This document shows positions 1 to 13,026 of a stretch of DNA of 50,944 nucleotides, one piece after another. Positions within the stretch are counted from its first letter, which is position 1; each line of letters begins with the position of its first letter. The DNA is from Patellaria atrata CBS 101060. Lineage: Eukaryota. The stretch is from assembly GCA_010093705.1 (NCBI GenBank), contig MU006092.1:1640111-1691054 (forward strand), in the 5' to 3' direction. A program made the translations under genes and the position numbers. A model generated the notes under the pieces. It had not been told where the DNA came from, made no database searches, and saw nothing but the letters and a program-made list of their open reading frames with translations.

Positions 1-3000
1 TCTTCGAGACGATCTGCGAGAACCGCCAAAATATTATTCCTGTTGCGGCGGAAGTGTCGAGCAATCTTGCCCGGAGCGGTGCACATTCGAATGCGAAGGG
101 AGTTGTGGAAGACCTGAGGTCACATCTGTTGTCCACGCGCTATTAACTCACTATCATACACAGTATGCAGGTTGTCACAAGCGAAAGCGCATACCTAAAG
201 CTGGGATCGCCAGGACGTAGAATAATCTCCGAGCTTTGGCATAGGTTAAGGCTCTCCTATTTCTTTACCCCAAACCTGTAATTCTCCTCGAGTCTCTAAA
301 CCGTTTCAAGGTGGATGCGAAGAGACTGGAAACCCAAAACCCAAAAATGTGATTCTAGTGCATATGACCGAATGTATTACTGCTTGCCCCAAGAGCATGC
401 TGCGAAGACGAAACCGAAAGTAGATCCAGGGCACTTTTGGGTAACGAGGGGGGTCGATTCTGCAGATGCTGTCTCTAATAAGGTGGCGAGCATGTTGATC
501 ATCGTTACCACTCTGAAATTTTGGAGATTATTGGTGTTGTACGAAGAGAACTTGATGGATGCTGGTCAGGTGATAAGCGTATCAAGTGGAATCTCCGACT
601 GACCTGAATGTTAGCAAGGGTATAGAAAGAACGTGTGCAGGTGAGGTGCTTACACTAATGATCGTTGTTCTATCATCATGGTATTTCGGAGAGTAAGAGA
701 CAGCAAGTGTGCCTAAGCTAAGATCTTAAGATCTCGTAGACTTATCAGAGATTCGGGATGAATAGCGCTCATCTTCCTTTTTGACACAATAACTACATTC
801 CTCCATTACTCTATGATGAAGTACCATAGAATGGGTATCATTGGGAATTATGGGAACCGAAGCAATGCATTCGAAGAAGAGTGCGAGGCGCAACCGCCTT
901 GGTGCTAGTTATGTTAGACCATGGTGTGAGCAACGACTGGGTGGAGAATGTTGAGATATAATAGTGATAGATGGTAAGTTATACTGTGCTTCTACTACCA
1001 TGATGCGTGTAATCGGTGTAAGTACTTCTCAAAGATCGATATTGTCTCTAGTCAAGATAGATTTCATCTGATGTAGACCGGGTGAAAGGAGCAGTGGCGG
1101 AATCATAATCTTGCCTGAATTCGTGCGAAGCGCTGAGAAAATTAGGGATTGAGCATCGAGCCTTTATTATCAACTGAAATGACCGAGATTTTTTCGAGTT
1201 GTAGGGAAGGAATCACCCGTTTCGCCAAATCGCGAGATTAAGGTTTGACAACTCCTACGCAGAATCGGACAATGAGAAAATGAAGTGAACGGCACAGCAA
1301 ACAACTAACTGCTTCATGAGTTCTCTCAATGCCATAAGTATTCATCTCGGTGACCAATGCTCATAACATGGATCGTGAAGAGGCTCGAAACTAACCGATA
1401 GTGGGTAGGAGCTCACATGAGGATACTTGCGTGTTGTGACCGGACCATCACACCCTTGATTTAGAGGAAAAGATGTTGGGGGTTACAGATTTGAGAGATA
1501 TGATGAAGAAGACAGTCAGTAATTACCGATTGGTCACGTCTGGAGAATACAGGACTGGTCATTACCGGGGAAAAAAGTCCATTTTGAGAGGATATGATAC
1601 TGCACCACCAGCACAGCTATTAGAGTGTAACGTATTTGGACGATGCGCGTAGAATATACGCATAGTATGCAAATTGGTCACATTGAAGGCACAAGGGAGA
1701 AATGATCTAGTAGTAAGTTAATACAACGATGTTTCCTTGACCTCATGGATGCGACTAGTCTACCCTGTGCACAACCGTATTGAGAGTGACATCCTAAGGT
1801 GTGATTGAGAGAGAATGAATAAAGGTTTTGCAGAAGATCACGAGATTTTGACGAGAAGTGTTCGTGGGTTATCATTAGCGTCTATTTACTTCTATTAGAG
1901 GTAATGTAGACAAGGCATAACTGGATGGAATAGGAGGATGTAAGATTTCTGATAGCGCACCAGGCGCTTTATAGTTTGATTACGTACTGATACAACATGC
2001 ATGAGTTCGTAGTAGACACGACGAAGCTGGTCCAAAACATTGACGGAACGGAGATATAATTTACTGTACTCGTAGTGGATACCTTACTTTTACGGCATAA
2101 GTTACGAATGGCAGCACAAAGAGAGGATAGAAGCGTTAAGGTGATAAACCCCGAGGTGTTTTCGACTTCCCACGAGATCCGTATTGAGTACTCCGTACTG
2201 CTGTGAGTGTATGGATGTACGGGATGTATCAAGTGCCGGCTTTTCCATCTTTGTAACATGTAACTTAACGTTAAGGCATGTGACGTTTCAGGAAAGTTTA
2301 AGCTAAGCTAGTTTTGGACACTTACGCAACGCTTCACTTGGCACTTGGCGTAGAATTCGAACTACGGGCATCTCCATGTCCTGCACAATAAAGGTTAGAG
2401 ATATCAACTTTACAAGTAGGATTGAATAACCTTCCGTCTCCTAGATATTGCTCAGAGTTGAACGGGATTCTGCCTTATCCTCTTCAAACGTATTCGAAAT
2501 AACACTCTGGTCTGAGAACTGGTTCTAGATGATACATACTCGTCCAAGAAGTCAACTTCCTTCGTCAAGAACAGAAACCCACAAATATGTCTTGTCTCTG
2601 ATTCAAAAGAATCACTGTTCTGGTTCTCAACGCTAATTCTCTCATAGTAAATAAGCGCCAAGGGCTCACCGAGCCTGGGAGATGGTCTTCCTGCGACTTG
2701 GCCGGTTTCCAGGTTGGGTGTTGCGCTGTTGGCGACTTGACACAGCCTCAAAGCTCCCTTCTCCCAAGCACATATCGTACATTTCTCTTCTTGGCTATAT
2801 CCCATCCGCGATGGCCTATAGGTGGACATTGCATGTATTCCGACCTCTGTTCTCCTGCCATGGAGCATACAAGCTTATTAAAAGGACCTAAACATCTTCT
2901 GCTCATCTCTCGTTGTACTTGTGTATTACTTTCCGCCTATCTTGGCCCTTCACATTACCCACGGAGCATGTTTTGACTACATTGAACTCCTGTTTAGAGC

Positions 3001-3326
3001 TTACATTCGCTTTTCTGCAAAAACTTCCTCTCGTTCCCATCCCAGCCCTGCAACCCTCTCTTGTTACTTCTCTCCTTGTTGCAGTGAATTCCCTGATAGC
3101 ATAATTATCAATAATATATCAAAAACCATCTTAGCAATCCATAGTCAGAACTGACGTACTGTCATACTGTCATATGCCATATTGACTATTCAACGACCTA
3201 CTACGCCGCTTCATACTCATCCCCAGTATTTGCATGATTTTTTTACCAAAGCTAGTAGCTTAAACTAAATCTTGAGGGTGAGCTGGGCTCATTCTCAATC
3301 TCTTCACGCTCGTTACATCTTGAAAT

Positions 3327-4817
3327 ATGAGGTTACCCACGTCATTCGCTATCTGGGGTAGCATACTGTTTAGTAAATATGCAATCGGTCAAATACAATT
3401 GAATATTGACTCTGAGGGTAAGATCGCCACGAACATACCCTTTAATGTGCACACACTAACCGTCACCCTTTTATGGAGCAGATTCCATAAAGGAAGCAGC
3501 GCGAGTAGCTGCGGAGGGAATGTTGCAATACTACACGGGGTACCGACCAGGAGACGTGCCGGGAAATCTACACGACCCGTTTCGATGGTGGCAGGCGGGT
3601 GCCATGTGTGGTGCATTAATCGACTATTGGTATTTTACCGGCGACGACCAGTACAATGCAATAACGACGCAAGCTCTCCTCCATCAAGTCGGTTCCGGCC
3701 AGGACTTTCTTCCAGCAAACCATACCTTCGACGCCGGAAACGACGATCAGGCATTCTGGGCCTTCTCCGCTCTTCAGGCCGCGGAGTACAAGTTCCCAGA
3801 CCCCCCGGAAGATAAACCTCAGTGGCTTGCTTTAGCCCAAGCTGTTTTCCAGACGCAGGCCAACCGATGGAACACCGAAACGTGTGGGGGGGGACTGAAG
3901 TGGCAGATTCAGGTTGTAAAGCAGGGATATAATTACAAGAACGCTATCTCCAATGGTGCCTTTTTTAATCTCGGTGCTCGACTCGGAAAATATACAGGGA
4001 ACACGACTTATCTGGAGTGGGCGGAAAGGAGTTGGGACTGGGCTTTTGCGATCGGCCTTATCGACAACAATAGATATGTGATCTATGATGGCACGGACGA
4101 CAAGCCGGAACTCAATTGCACGCGAATGAACCATATACAGTGGTCCTACAACGCCGGCGTCTACTTGTATGGGGCGGCTGTAATGTGGAATACCGTGCGT
4201 CTCCCCTCATATGAATTCTCACTTTCAATGTCCCACTAACGCTCATCCAGACTTCCGATGAGGTATGGCGCCAACGCACCCTCTCCCTCATGAACGCCAC
4301 ATCCGTCTTCTTCCACCGCGAAGCCGTGGACGTCATGTACGAAGTTGCCTGCGAAGGAAACGGCAAATGCGACATCGACCAGCGGTCATTCAAAGCCTAC
4401 CTAGCCCGGTGGATGAGCGCCACGATGAAAGTCGCCCCCTTCACCGCCGACTACATCCTACCCAAACTGCGCGCCTCCGCTCTCGCCGCCGCCCGTCAGT
4501 GCTCCGGAGGTGAGAACGGTACGACATGCGGCCTGCGCTGGACCCAAGCTGCCCACGATGGAAGCACTGGCTTTTCAGAGCAGATTGCCGCGCTCGAGGT
4601 CTTTCAAAATAATCTGATGGCGAAGGTAGATGGGCCGGTGACTGAGGAGAGGGGGGGGACGAGTAGGAGCGATCCGACCGCGGGGACTAGGAGCAGGGAT
4701 ATGCAAGTTGATCCGGAGCATAAGGAGATTACGACCGCGGATAAGGCGGGAGCGGCGATTATCACGATAATGATCGTGGGTGGATGGTCATTTTTGGCGT
4801 ATTGGATGGTGACTTGA
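3327..4817 (+). CDS. GH76 mannan endo-1,6-alpha-mannosidase-like (Dcw1/Dfg5 family), GPI/membrane-anchored; exons 3327-3417, 3482-4194, 4251-4817
   Basis: Signal peptide; WWQAGA, GNDDQAFW (catalytic DD), CGGGLKWQI, YKNAISNG and WSYNAG motifs; C-terminal ITTADKAGAAIIT plus hydrophobic tail; two GT-AG introns with CTAAC branch points restore the frame. Confidence 0.93.
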
Positions 4818-5185
4818 ATGTTGCCCGTACAGGTCCTCTAGTACGAAGAGAGGGGGGAACTACGCATTTTTATTTTGGAGTTTGGAGCAGATTGGGCCAT
4901 TAAAGGACAAATTCTATGTCTTGATTGACTTGATTTCTCATTTAACGACATCCAAAGCCCAAATGTGTTACAGAGATGTATAAGTATGGTGTCGTCTTTC
5001 CCGATTGCTCAAGGGTCCCAATGAGAGGGCATCTCCCTTCTGAATGCCAGCAAATTCGGAGATGACCCTCCGCACTGAGCTAGTCAAGAGCAAGCAGGTA
5101 TGTATTGCATCTCTCTTTTATTTATTACTATCCTGTTGCAGAGGAGAACCTCACACTACTTTATTGATTGAATGTTATGATACCC

Positions 5186-6051
5186 TCAACCCGCCTCCTC
5201 CACTTCTCTCATTTTTCCTCTCGCCTTCTTCATAATCTCACTGTCTACTCGACCTTCCTCTACGTACCCTTTCACCATTTCTAACCGCTGACTCCAAATT
5301 CTCCACCGTTCTACCGAGAAACCAGTCCAGTCTCTCTCCTTGAAACCCTCGCCTGGTCTTGCCATCCTGCCATCAAACGTCTTTTCGTCTTTTGACAGTT
5401 TCCACAACACTTCAGCCGCATAGATGAACCAAACATTTGCCTCCTCAACAGCGCGAGGAGTTGGTTGAGATCTTTCGGGTGCTTCGAGGACCTCGCGAAT
5501 TTTCCATATGGCGTAAAGGGAGAAGTCCAGAGCTCGGACAGGAGGGAAAGGGGGATGGGAGGTTAGGCGAGCGGCGAATGCATTGAGATTCACGAATGCA
5601 TCATTTGTGTACTCTAAACAATGTTAAGACATACGAGCACAAAGTAGATATGGAATGAAGTCGGATAATACAATAGGTATTTATACTAACCTTCATCCCA
5701 TATCTCTCGCATCTTTGCTCCAAAGATTGGGAGGTCGTCCCAGACTCGCATGCTCCATACGATACATTCTGTCCCATTCCCCTTCTTCGGAGGTGGGAGT
5801 TTCTGGATGGCTGCTATAGCATCTACTAATGAACTTTGGTCGGCATGTGGAGTTCTCTTCGCGATCGAGACTACCTGGTTCCACATATCCCACAGGTAGC
5901 TTTCAGGGCTCGAGTCGTCATCACCGTGTTGAATCGCATAAGAGAGTGGTTGAGTGAATTCTTGTACGTAGTTGGAGATATTAGGGTTTTCATCTTCGAG
6001 CAGTCTTGATAGAATTGATCCATAATCAGCATGTTCATTATCGAGCGCCAT
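5186..6051 (-). CDS. Conserved fungal protein, DUF3632-like; exons 6051-5691, 5613-5186
   Basis: Two ORFs joined in frame by intron 5690-5614 (GTTAGT...TTTAG); motifs VWDDLPIFG, FVNLNAFAARL, W.GFS.ERW..W resemble DUF3632 proteins (recognition only). Confidence 0.75.
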
Positions 6052-7160
6052 TAGGTCGATTTCCCGGTGAAGCTAATATGATATTACTTTGTTTTTCTAC
6101 AGTTCTGTTCTATCCGTTCATGTGGTGGGGACGGACTTTGGATGAGATTGCTCCTCAGATGATACTTTTGTTTGTTCTCACGAGGATCGATTGATTGATG
6201 TCACAAAGCGTCCAGAACCAATTATTGCTGCAAGGTAGTGGTAAAGGAGCTTTGTGTGAAAGCGTAAGATCTCGTAATGCGAATATTGCTGTTCTCCTCG
6301 GATATGGGCGATTTCCGGAAAGTCGTGCAGTGTCTACACGCTCTCGTTCGTCCTTATCAAGCTGATATTTGAACCCATTGAGGATCGTCGCTGTATGTCA
6401 TATTGTCATCCCTTAAGGTCGTGTTACGCGGTCTTCCGGCCTTCCACTTCAGGATGGAACAGCGTAGTTACTATGTGATCAGCCCTAAAATCGCTCAGCG
6501 TCCCTGATTCTCTCCGGGGGGGGGAGGGGGGAGAAGGGGGTGTAGATTAATGTATAGTGTGTAGGTAGGGTGAAGTCGAATCTTAAGCGTGGTGAAGTAC
6601 TTGCAGAATGCAGATGCCCCACGCTGGGAGGCGAGCCGCCGTACACAAAAGCAGTCCTATCCCCGCAGTCGTCACCATCTTCTCAATCGTGGAAACATAT
6701 CAAACCTTCAAGGGCTCCCATGTGGGCGGTCTCCCAACCTTATTCGATGTCGATAACAACTCCATGACTAATAGTCATACACACCGGGTTATAGGGTGAA
6801 ATATAAGCTTGTAGAGTTTCGGGTAAGATTGCAGTTACCTTCCACTTGAAGTACTAGTGCCGTTAAATCCATATGCTTGTTTTGATCTCTCCCGTCACTG
6901 ATGTAGATATGATTCGTTCTCAGATGTTTATGAGGGCTTTCGAGTTGCCCTGACAGCACCCTCCAGAGATGGTCTTTCGTCGATCACCTTGTGCGTCGGC
7001 TCTCTCAGTTAAACACCGAAGGCGCATCTACCAAGATAAAAGGAATATAAATATGAAGAGGAAAAGGGAAATAAAGAAGACTCGAGAGACAGGAGCTCCC
7101 ATTGTCTCGCCCAAGCAGCTTGCTCACTCCCAGAACATCCTCGCTCTTTAGACAATCAAT

Positions 7161-7751
7161 ATGGTCGGGCTAAAGGTACAGCCTATTATCCTTCTTCTTG
7201 CACCTAATTCGCTAAAGATACTAGAATCTTATCCCGCTCGCACTGTTCGCTGCTACGGCAATCGGCTCGCCGGTCGAGCTCGACAAGCGTCAATCCGCTA
7301 CAACCTGCGGCGGAAAGGCATATACTGCGAGTGAGGTACGAGCTGCGGCAAATGCTGCGTGCTCGTACTACAGGCAAGGCGGAAAAGCTTGCGGAGGAAG
7401 CTATCCCCATCAATATAACAACTATGAGGGGTTCAATTTTCCTGTCAGCGGGCCCTGGCAAGAGTTCCCCTTGATCAAGGGAGGGGCATACTCCTGCGGT
7501 AAGTCTCTTAATCTGATATAACTTTTTATCTCTTTCTTCCTTTTAGCTCGAGCCGACTGTTTGAACGGAGAAAGAATCAATGACGAAAACACCGCGTTGG
7601 AGGAGTTTAGGAGAATGGCTACTGATCTTTGCCAATAGGCTCACCCGGTGCGGATCGAGTCATCATCAATACTAGTTGCGCATACGCCGGCGCAATCACA
7701 CATACTGGTGCTAGTGGTAACAATTTTGTAGGATGTTCTGGGACAAGTTGA
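7161..7751 (+). CDS. Secreted guanyl-specific ribonuclease, RNase T1/N1/F1 family, 133 aa; exons 7161-7175, 7225-7498, 7639-7751
   Basis: Hand translation: [38 protein letters not shown]...[25 protein letters not shown]...[37 protein letters not shown]. Residues equivalent to T1 His40, Glu58, Arg77 and His92 are present; Kex2 KR site. Not in the ORF track. Confidence 0.93.
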
Positions 7752-8640
7752 GAGACTATTGAGAGATGAAGAAATGTGAAAGTGGTTGATGCGCTTTCAA
7801 GATATGGATAAGAAGCTGACGGATTTAAACTGTTCCACGAAACTTGATTAGCTCTAGAGATGAAAATAACGTACAAATATCCATTTTTACCTCGTATTAT
7901 ACTGTTATGAATGCCTTCCGTGAGGAGCAGATTTCAGGTTGAGGGATGAGTTCAATGAAATTTAACTCCAAAGCAAACTGTCCAAGCGTTGACTTCACCT
8001 CATTTGCACTCCCCTTGCTTATTAGAACTGCAAAACTGATGGTGTAAAACACATACGGAGTACGTAACAAGCTAACTGATTGTTGTACTGTAAGGATGAG
8101 TGTCGCACCTCATCGTATCGATTACACAGATGATTCGTCCCGCAATATGACCTTCTACTTGTGGGATGCTATCAACCCGTTTCCTTATACGGATCGACAA
8201 AGGCCTCCAACCTTTTACCCCTTCACCTTCCGCAGACTTACCAGTTGCCCTACCTCTGCATAATGGCTCGTTTCCTTACCCGATGCTTTCCCAAATACCG
8301 GGCCCTACAAAGGCATGACAAAGAATCTTTTTCATACAATTAGGTGGAAGATATTGGATTGTTTTACCACCGCAGTAGACGAGTACTCTTCCCATCACTT
8401 ATGGGCAGTCATATAGTACGCTGGCGGGGAGTTCGGCACCGTTTGAGAACCATAACCTACCGTAGGGAATCATTCATTACTATTCATAATACACCAGGTA
8501 GCAGGATTATGAACCATGTTCAATGCCCATCCCCTCGATGGAAGTGAACCGTCCATGCAGAATTCTATAAAAGATTGCACGGCGCTCAGAATTGGACAAA
8601 TAATGCTAGGTAAGAATTCCGTTCCCAAGCCAACTTTCAT

Positions 8641-9819
8641 ATGATTCACAGTCTCAACATGCGTCTTCTTCTCGGGGTCTCATTCACTACCCTGATCCAG
8701 AGTGTCTGGACGGTCTCTTTACCCCCACCAACTGGTCGATATAATGTGGGAGTGAGAAAATATCGCCTTTCTCACACGACGGAGAATGATCCCTTCGCGC
8801 CAAATAATGTTTCGAGCTCAATTCTCCTGACGTTTTACTATCCTACCCAGGCTCGTTCCAGAGGTCCTATTCCAGCCCTCGAAAAGCCTCTTGCGGACAT
8901 ATTCGAAGAGGGTTTCGTGTTTGCGCCGGGAACACTGGCAAATATAACATCGAATTTCATCTACGATGCCCCATTCCTTCCTGAATCAGCTGGAACGGCA
9001 GAAAATCCAACGATCTTCTTTGGCCCTGGAGGAGGCGGACCCCCCACTCCAGTGTACCAGACGTCCCTCGGAGAACTGGCGAGTCATTGGTACAATGTCA
9101 TAGGTATAGATCATCCGTACGAACAACAGTATATCAAATATCCCGACGGGGAAGAGGTGTTCGGAATACCTATTACCTACGATCTTCTTCCCGTCGTAAA
9201 TCAAATGTACGCTTTCCGGCTCACAGACACAACGGCCGTCTTAGACGCACTCCCAGCCATAGTTCAAGAGCTTGGTGCGGCCTTCAACACGACACATTTC
9301 GCTGGATATGGCCATTCATTGGGCGGGGCCGCGGCAGTTGGAAGCGCGCAAATAGATGAACGCATAGTTGGAGCTATCAATATGGATGGTTCTTTTTGGG
9401 GTGATCTAGCCAGCACGAACGAAACGCTTGCGGACGTTAAGAAGCCTTCATTCCTTCTAGGTTTTGAATTCCATATGTCTGCTGTGGATGCAACATGGTC
9501 GTCTTTCCCTCACGCGCAGTCCGGATGGTGGAGAGAGTTCCTGGTCCAAGGATCACTGCATTGGGACTTCAGTGATGGGACTTTCTGGAAAGAGCTAGGC
9601 CCACATCGAAGTCGAAGTCTAGGACCCATCAACGGAGAACGGATGGTAAAGATTGTGAGAGCGTTTGTGACCGCTTTCTTCGACAAACTCATCGGGGACG
9701 CTGAACCTCTGCTTGAGAATCCAGGGCGAAAGTGGCCAGAGGTGAGCGTTGAAGGCTTTGGAAATGGCAATCAGACGTACAGCTGTCTCAGAGTTCAGGA
9801 TTATCCAAACGGATTGTAG
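8641..9819 (+). CDS. Secreted alpha/beta hydrolase, PAF-acetylhydrolase-like lipase (start may be ATG 8659)
   Basis: 392-aa intronless ORF; signal peptide; LPPPTG.Y.VG, IDHPYE, GHSLGG nucleophile elbow, NMDG, H.DFSD. Confidence 0.85.
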   Translation: MIHSLNMRLLLGVSFTTLIQSVWTVSLPPPTGRYNVGVRKYRLSHTTENDPFAPNNVSSSILLTFYYPTQARSRGPIPALEKPLADIFEEGFVFAPGTLANITSNFIYDAPFLPESAGTAENPTIFFGPGGGGPPTPVYQTSLGELASHWYNVIGIDHPYEQQYIKYPDGEEVFGIPITYDLLPVVNQMYAFRLTDTTAVLDALPAIVQELGAAFNTTHFAGYGHSLGGAAAVGSAQIDERIVGAINMDGSFWGDLASTNETLADVKKPSFLLGFEFHMSAVDATWSSFPHAQSGWWREFLVQGSLHWDFSDGTFWKELGPHRSRSLGPINGERMVKIVRAFVTAFFDKLIGDAEPLLENPGRKWPEVSVEGFGNGNQTYSCLRVQDYPNGL

Positions 9820-10258
9820 TCGGTGAAGTTTCCATTTCCCGTACGACGACAACAGCTCACAGCTAATCACGGTCTGCAATAAGGGAAGTACAATAAATGA
9901 TACCCCAAGGTTACTTCTCGTACGTCATTTCGAGTACCCGCCAACCAATACAGGCTACAGGATTGACAAGTGTTTCGTATTTTGCAGTGGTTCGGACAGT
10001 TTACCATTACTTTCCTTCTAATTTTCAGATCTGCTCAGCCTTGTGACCTTTTATCTAACCTTTAAGAGCAAGGGACGATGACTGGTGAGGAGAGGTTGTT
10101 GTGTATGACGTCTGTTTCAAGATTGGAAATATAGACAGAGTGTCGCAGATTCTGTCACTATACTGTAGTGGTATAGTGTGTAACTCGTAGATCTGGTAGC
10201 TTCTACAGTCTAGAGATGAGATCTGCTATCCTACTAATGACTGCGCTGCCGTGCACCA

Positions 10259-10303
10259 TGTGACTTGTGACTTGTGACTTGTGACTTGTGACTTGCGACT
10301 TGT
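10259..10303. repeat. Heptamer tandem repeat (TGTGACT) x6, last unit imperfect
   Basis: Read directly from the sequence. Confidence 0.9.
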
Positions 10304-11554
10304 TGTATAGCTGCTGTGATAATCGCGGGGAAGCTCTGAGGTTTGAAGCACCAAGTACTAAATGTCTTTGTCCAGACATGGAGCAAAAGCCGGGCTCTTG
10401 GCTGACTACCTCATCTTCCCCGTCCGGCTTATGGGAAATGCCAAATTAACGCCATGACGTCTATAATATTCAAGGCTTCTAGTACTATGTTATTGGGTGC
10501 TGTTGTGATTTACGGAAATGCCTTGTTTTTTTTTCTTTTTTTTTTTTTTTTTAAACGCTGATTAGGATTATCCCTCAGCAACCAGTTGGAATAATATTAT
10601 AGGTATAACAAATAACAAGTATCCATAACACCTCGGTATGAGAGACTGCAGCATCGAAAATGTTACCCCCGCATCAAGGCATCAAAACAAGAATTTCCAG
10701 AAACTGAAGATCTTCCCTGAAGAAGCAATGAGCTGGCACTGTGAGGGTAGCATCTGCAACCTGACGGCCATCACGACCATCTCAACTTTCCAAGCAGGGG
10801 CTAAGGTACCTAGGTAGTATCTTTTTCTTATTACCTTATTGTTCAAATCACAGTCGCAAGAGTCGTCCAATCAATCTCAGGTACCTGAACAGCCAGCACA
10901 CAGTTAATATCACGTTCGCCAGGTATACCATACCCTGATGCCATCCATACCTTACCTTTACCCTAGGTCTTGCTGCTCAGCGTATCTTTTGTAGCAATAA
11001 CTGCTCGGAGTACAAGGTAGCTCTTTGTGCTAATGCCGTCATGTGTTTTCCATCCTAGGTGAAGATATTCCATGCCTGTCAAGCTGACCTCTCTTATTTG
11101 GAGGGCTAGACGGTTGGATCTCTACATGATACGCAACTTTCATTTTTATTTTTGGCAGTAGCTAGGATTGAGCATGGAATTCTGACGGGAAGGGTAGAGT
11201 CTTGAGTTACAAGACTTTATGATTCTTGCTCATGAGTCGCTGTTGTCGGGTGGCGATCTTTGTACGCTTGAACAATGTCTCGCCGTGATTTTCGTGGATT
11301 TGCTCTTTCAGCGGCCCATGTGAAGTGGATCTGGTCGAGAGAATAATGTGCTTTCCTAATAAGTCAGGCGCGACCCACGATGCCCCGAGAATATTCTCAT
11401 TTCGAATAATTCCTTCCCTTACAGATTCAAACTTGACCTAACCCCTTCGCCTCGAATTGTTGAGACCGTCTGATGGCTTTGAGCTGAATCTGCATTGCGG
11501 TTACGATTTATTGAAACTTGACACATTGTTAGCATATTTGAATACACCGGCACC

Positions 11555-13026
11555 ATGCTACACGACCTGGGCTCAGCAGCAGTTGCTGTGTTGACGATAT
11601 TCTCCTCTTGGAGTGAAGCGGCTCCTACCTCTTCTATACGAATGTAAGTTATCCTGCACCAAAATTCCCATTTACGAGTATAGCTGATCGAAGATACTGG
11701 TTTTAGGGTCAAGAAAGCTTCGAGTTTCGACTATAACACAGAAAAGGTGCAGGGCGTAAATCTCGGAGGTTGGCTTCTGCTTGAACCGTGGATTACACCC
11801 TCGATGTTCGAAGGAAACGCGGCCGTTGATGAGTATACGCTCACGGAGATCCTTGGAGGCTCGGCGCAGAGCACGATGCAAGATCATTGGGACAGCTGGA
11901 TCACCGAGGCCGATTTTGGTGAAATTGCTTCGGCCGGGTTGAATCACGTTCGAATTCCAATCGGCTACTGGTCTGTCGTACCGATTGATGGTGAACCATT
12001 TGTTCAAGGAGCTTATAAGAAACTCGGTGAGGCTCTGGATTGGGCCACTGGCGCTGGTTTGAAGTAAGTCCATCCTTGACAGCCTCTGTTATAAGTCTGT
12101 GGGCTTAAACTTTTTCTCTCGTTCAGTGTAATGATTGATTTGCATGGAGGTAAGAAAAGCTCTCTCTGACTCGGGAATAATAGCTAATGACTGTGTAGCG
12201 CCCCAATCGCAAAACGGGTTCGACAACAGCGGAAAGAAAGGTTCTGTAGGTTGGACACAAGGAGATACAGTCACGCATACCCTACGAGTGCTAAAGAAGA
12301 TTCGTGACGATTATGCCTCCCATCCAGCAGTCGCGTCGATACAGTTGCTGAACGAGCCCATGGGCCCTCAGCTCGACATGAACGTCGTCCGTCAGTTTTA
12401 TATGGACGGATGGAGCGATATCCAAGATTCCGGAGCAAATGTGATTTTCCACGATGCTTTCCAAGATCTGGAATCTTGGAATAGCTGGGGAGGTGGTATG
12501 ACCAATCTTGTACTGGACACCCATCACTACGAAGTCTTCGACTTGAACCAACTCAGGATGTCACCGAGCGAGCATATCTCTTCTGCTTGCGCCTACGGTG
12601 GCCGTATGGCGTCAAGCAACAAAGCTACCATCTCAGGAGAATGGTGCGGTGCACTCACTGACTGTGCCAAATGGCTCAACGGCAAAGACACAGGTGCTCG
12701 ATACGACGGTACCTTTGATAACGGTCAAGGAACACAATACATCGGTAGCTGTGATAGGAAGACAACTGGAACTGTTGGTGGTCTGACTGCCGAAGAAAAA
12801 GAGAACATCGGCCGCTACATCGAGGCTCAGCTTGATGCATACGAGTCCGCTCAAGGATGGATCTGGTGGACATGGAAGACAGAAGGAGCTCCGGAGTGGG
12901 ATATGCGAGCTTTAATGGCCGCTGGAGTCTTTCCACAGCCCCTTAACAGCAGGAAATGTAAGTCTTTCATGAAGACTTAGTAAATCAGCAACTAACGACA
13001 TATCAGACCCGAACCAATGCGGTTAA
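11555..13026 (+). CDS. EXG1: GH5 glucan 1,3-beta-glucosidase (exo-beta-1,3-glucanase, Exg1/ExgA type); exons 11555-11643, 11707-12063, 12127-12149, 12199-12957, 13007-13026
   Basis: Signal peptide; GVNLGGWLLLEPWITPS, RIPIGYW, IDLHGAPQSQNGFDNSG, NEP (acid/base), DTHHY, GEW (nucleophile); C-terminus YPNQCG*; four canonical introns. Confidence 0.93.

Noticed and set aside
1678..3154. Multiple short overlapping ORFs
   Set aside because: No domain motifs or consistent splice structure; likely spurious, as are the antisense ORFs overlapping the large genes.
10526..10552. Poly(T) tract as retroposon tail
   Set aside because: No TSD or LINE-tail motif found next to it.
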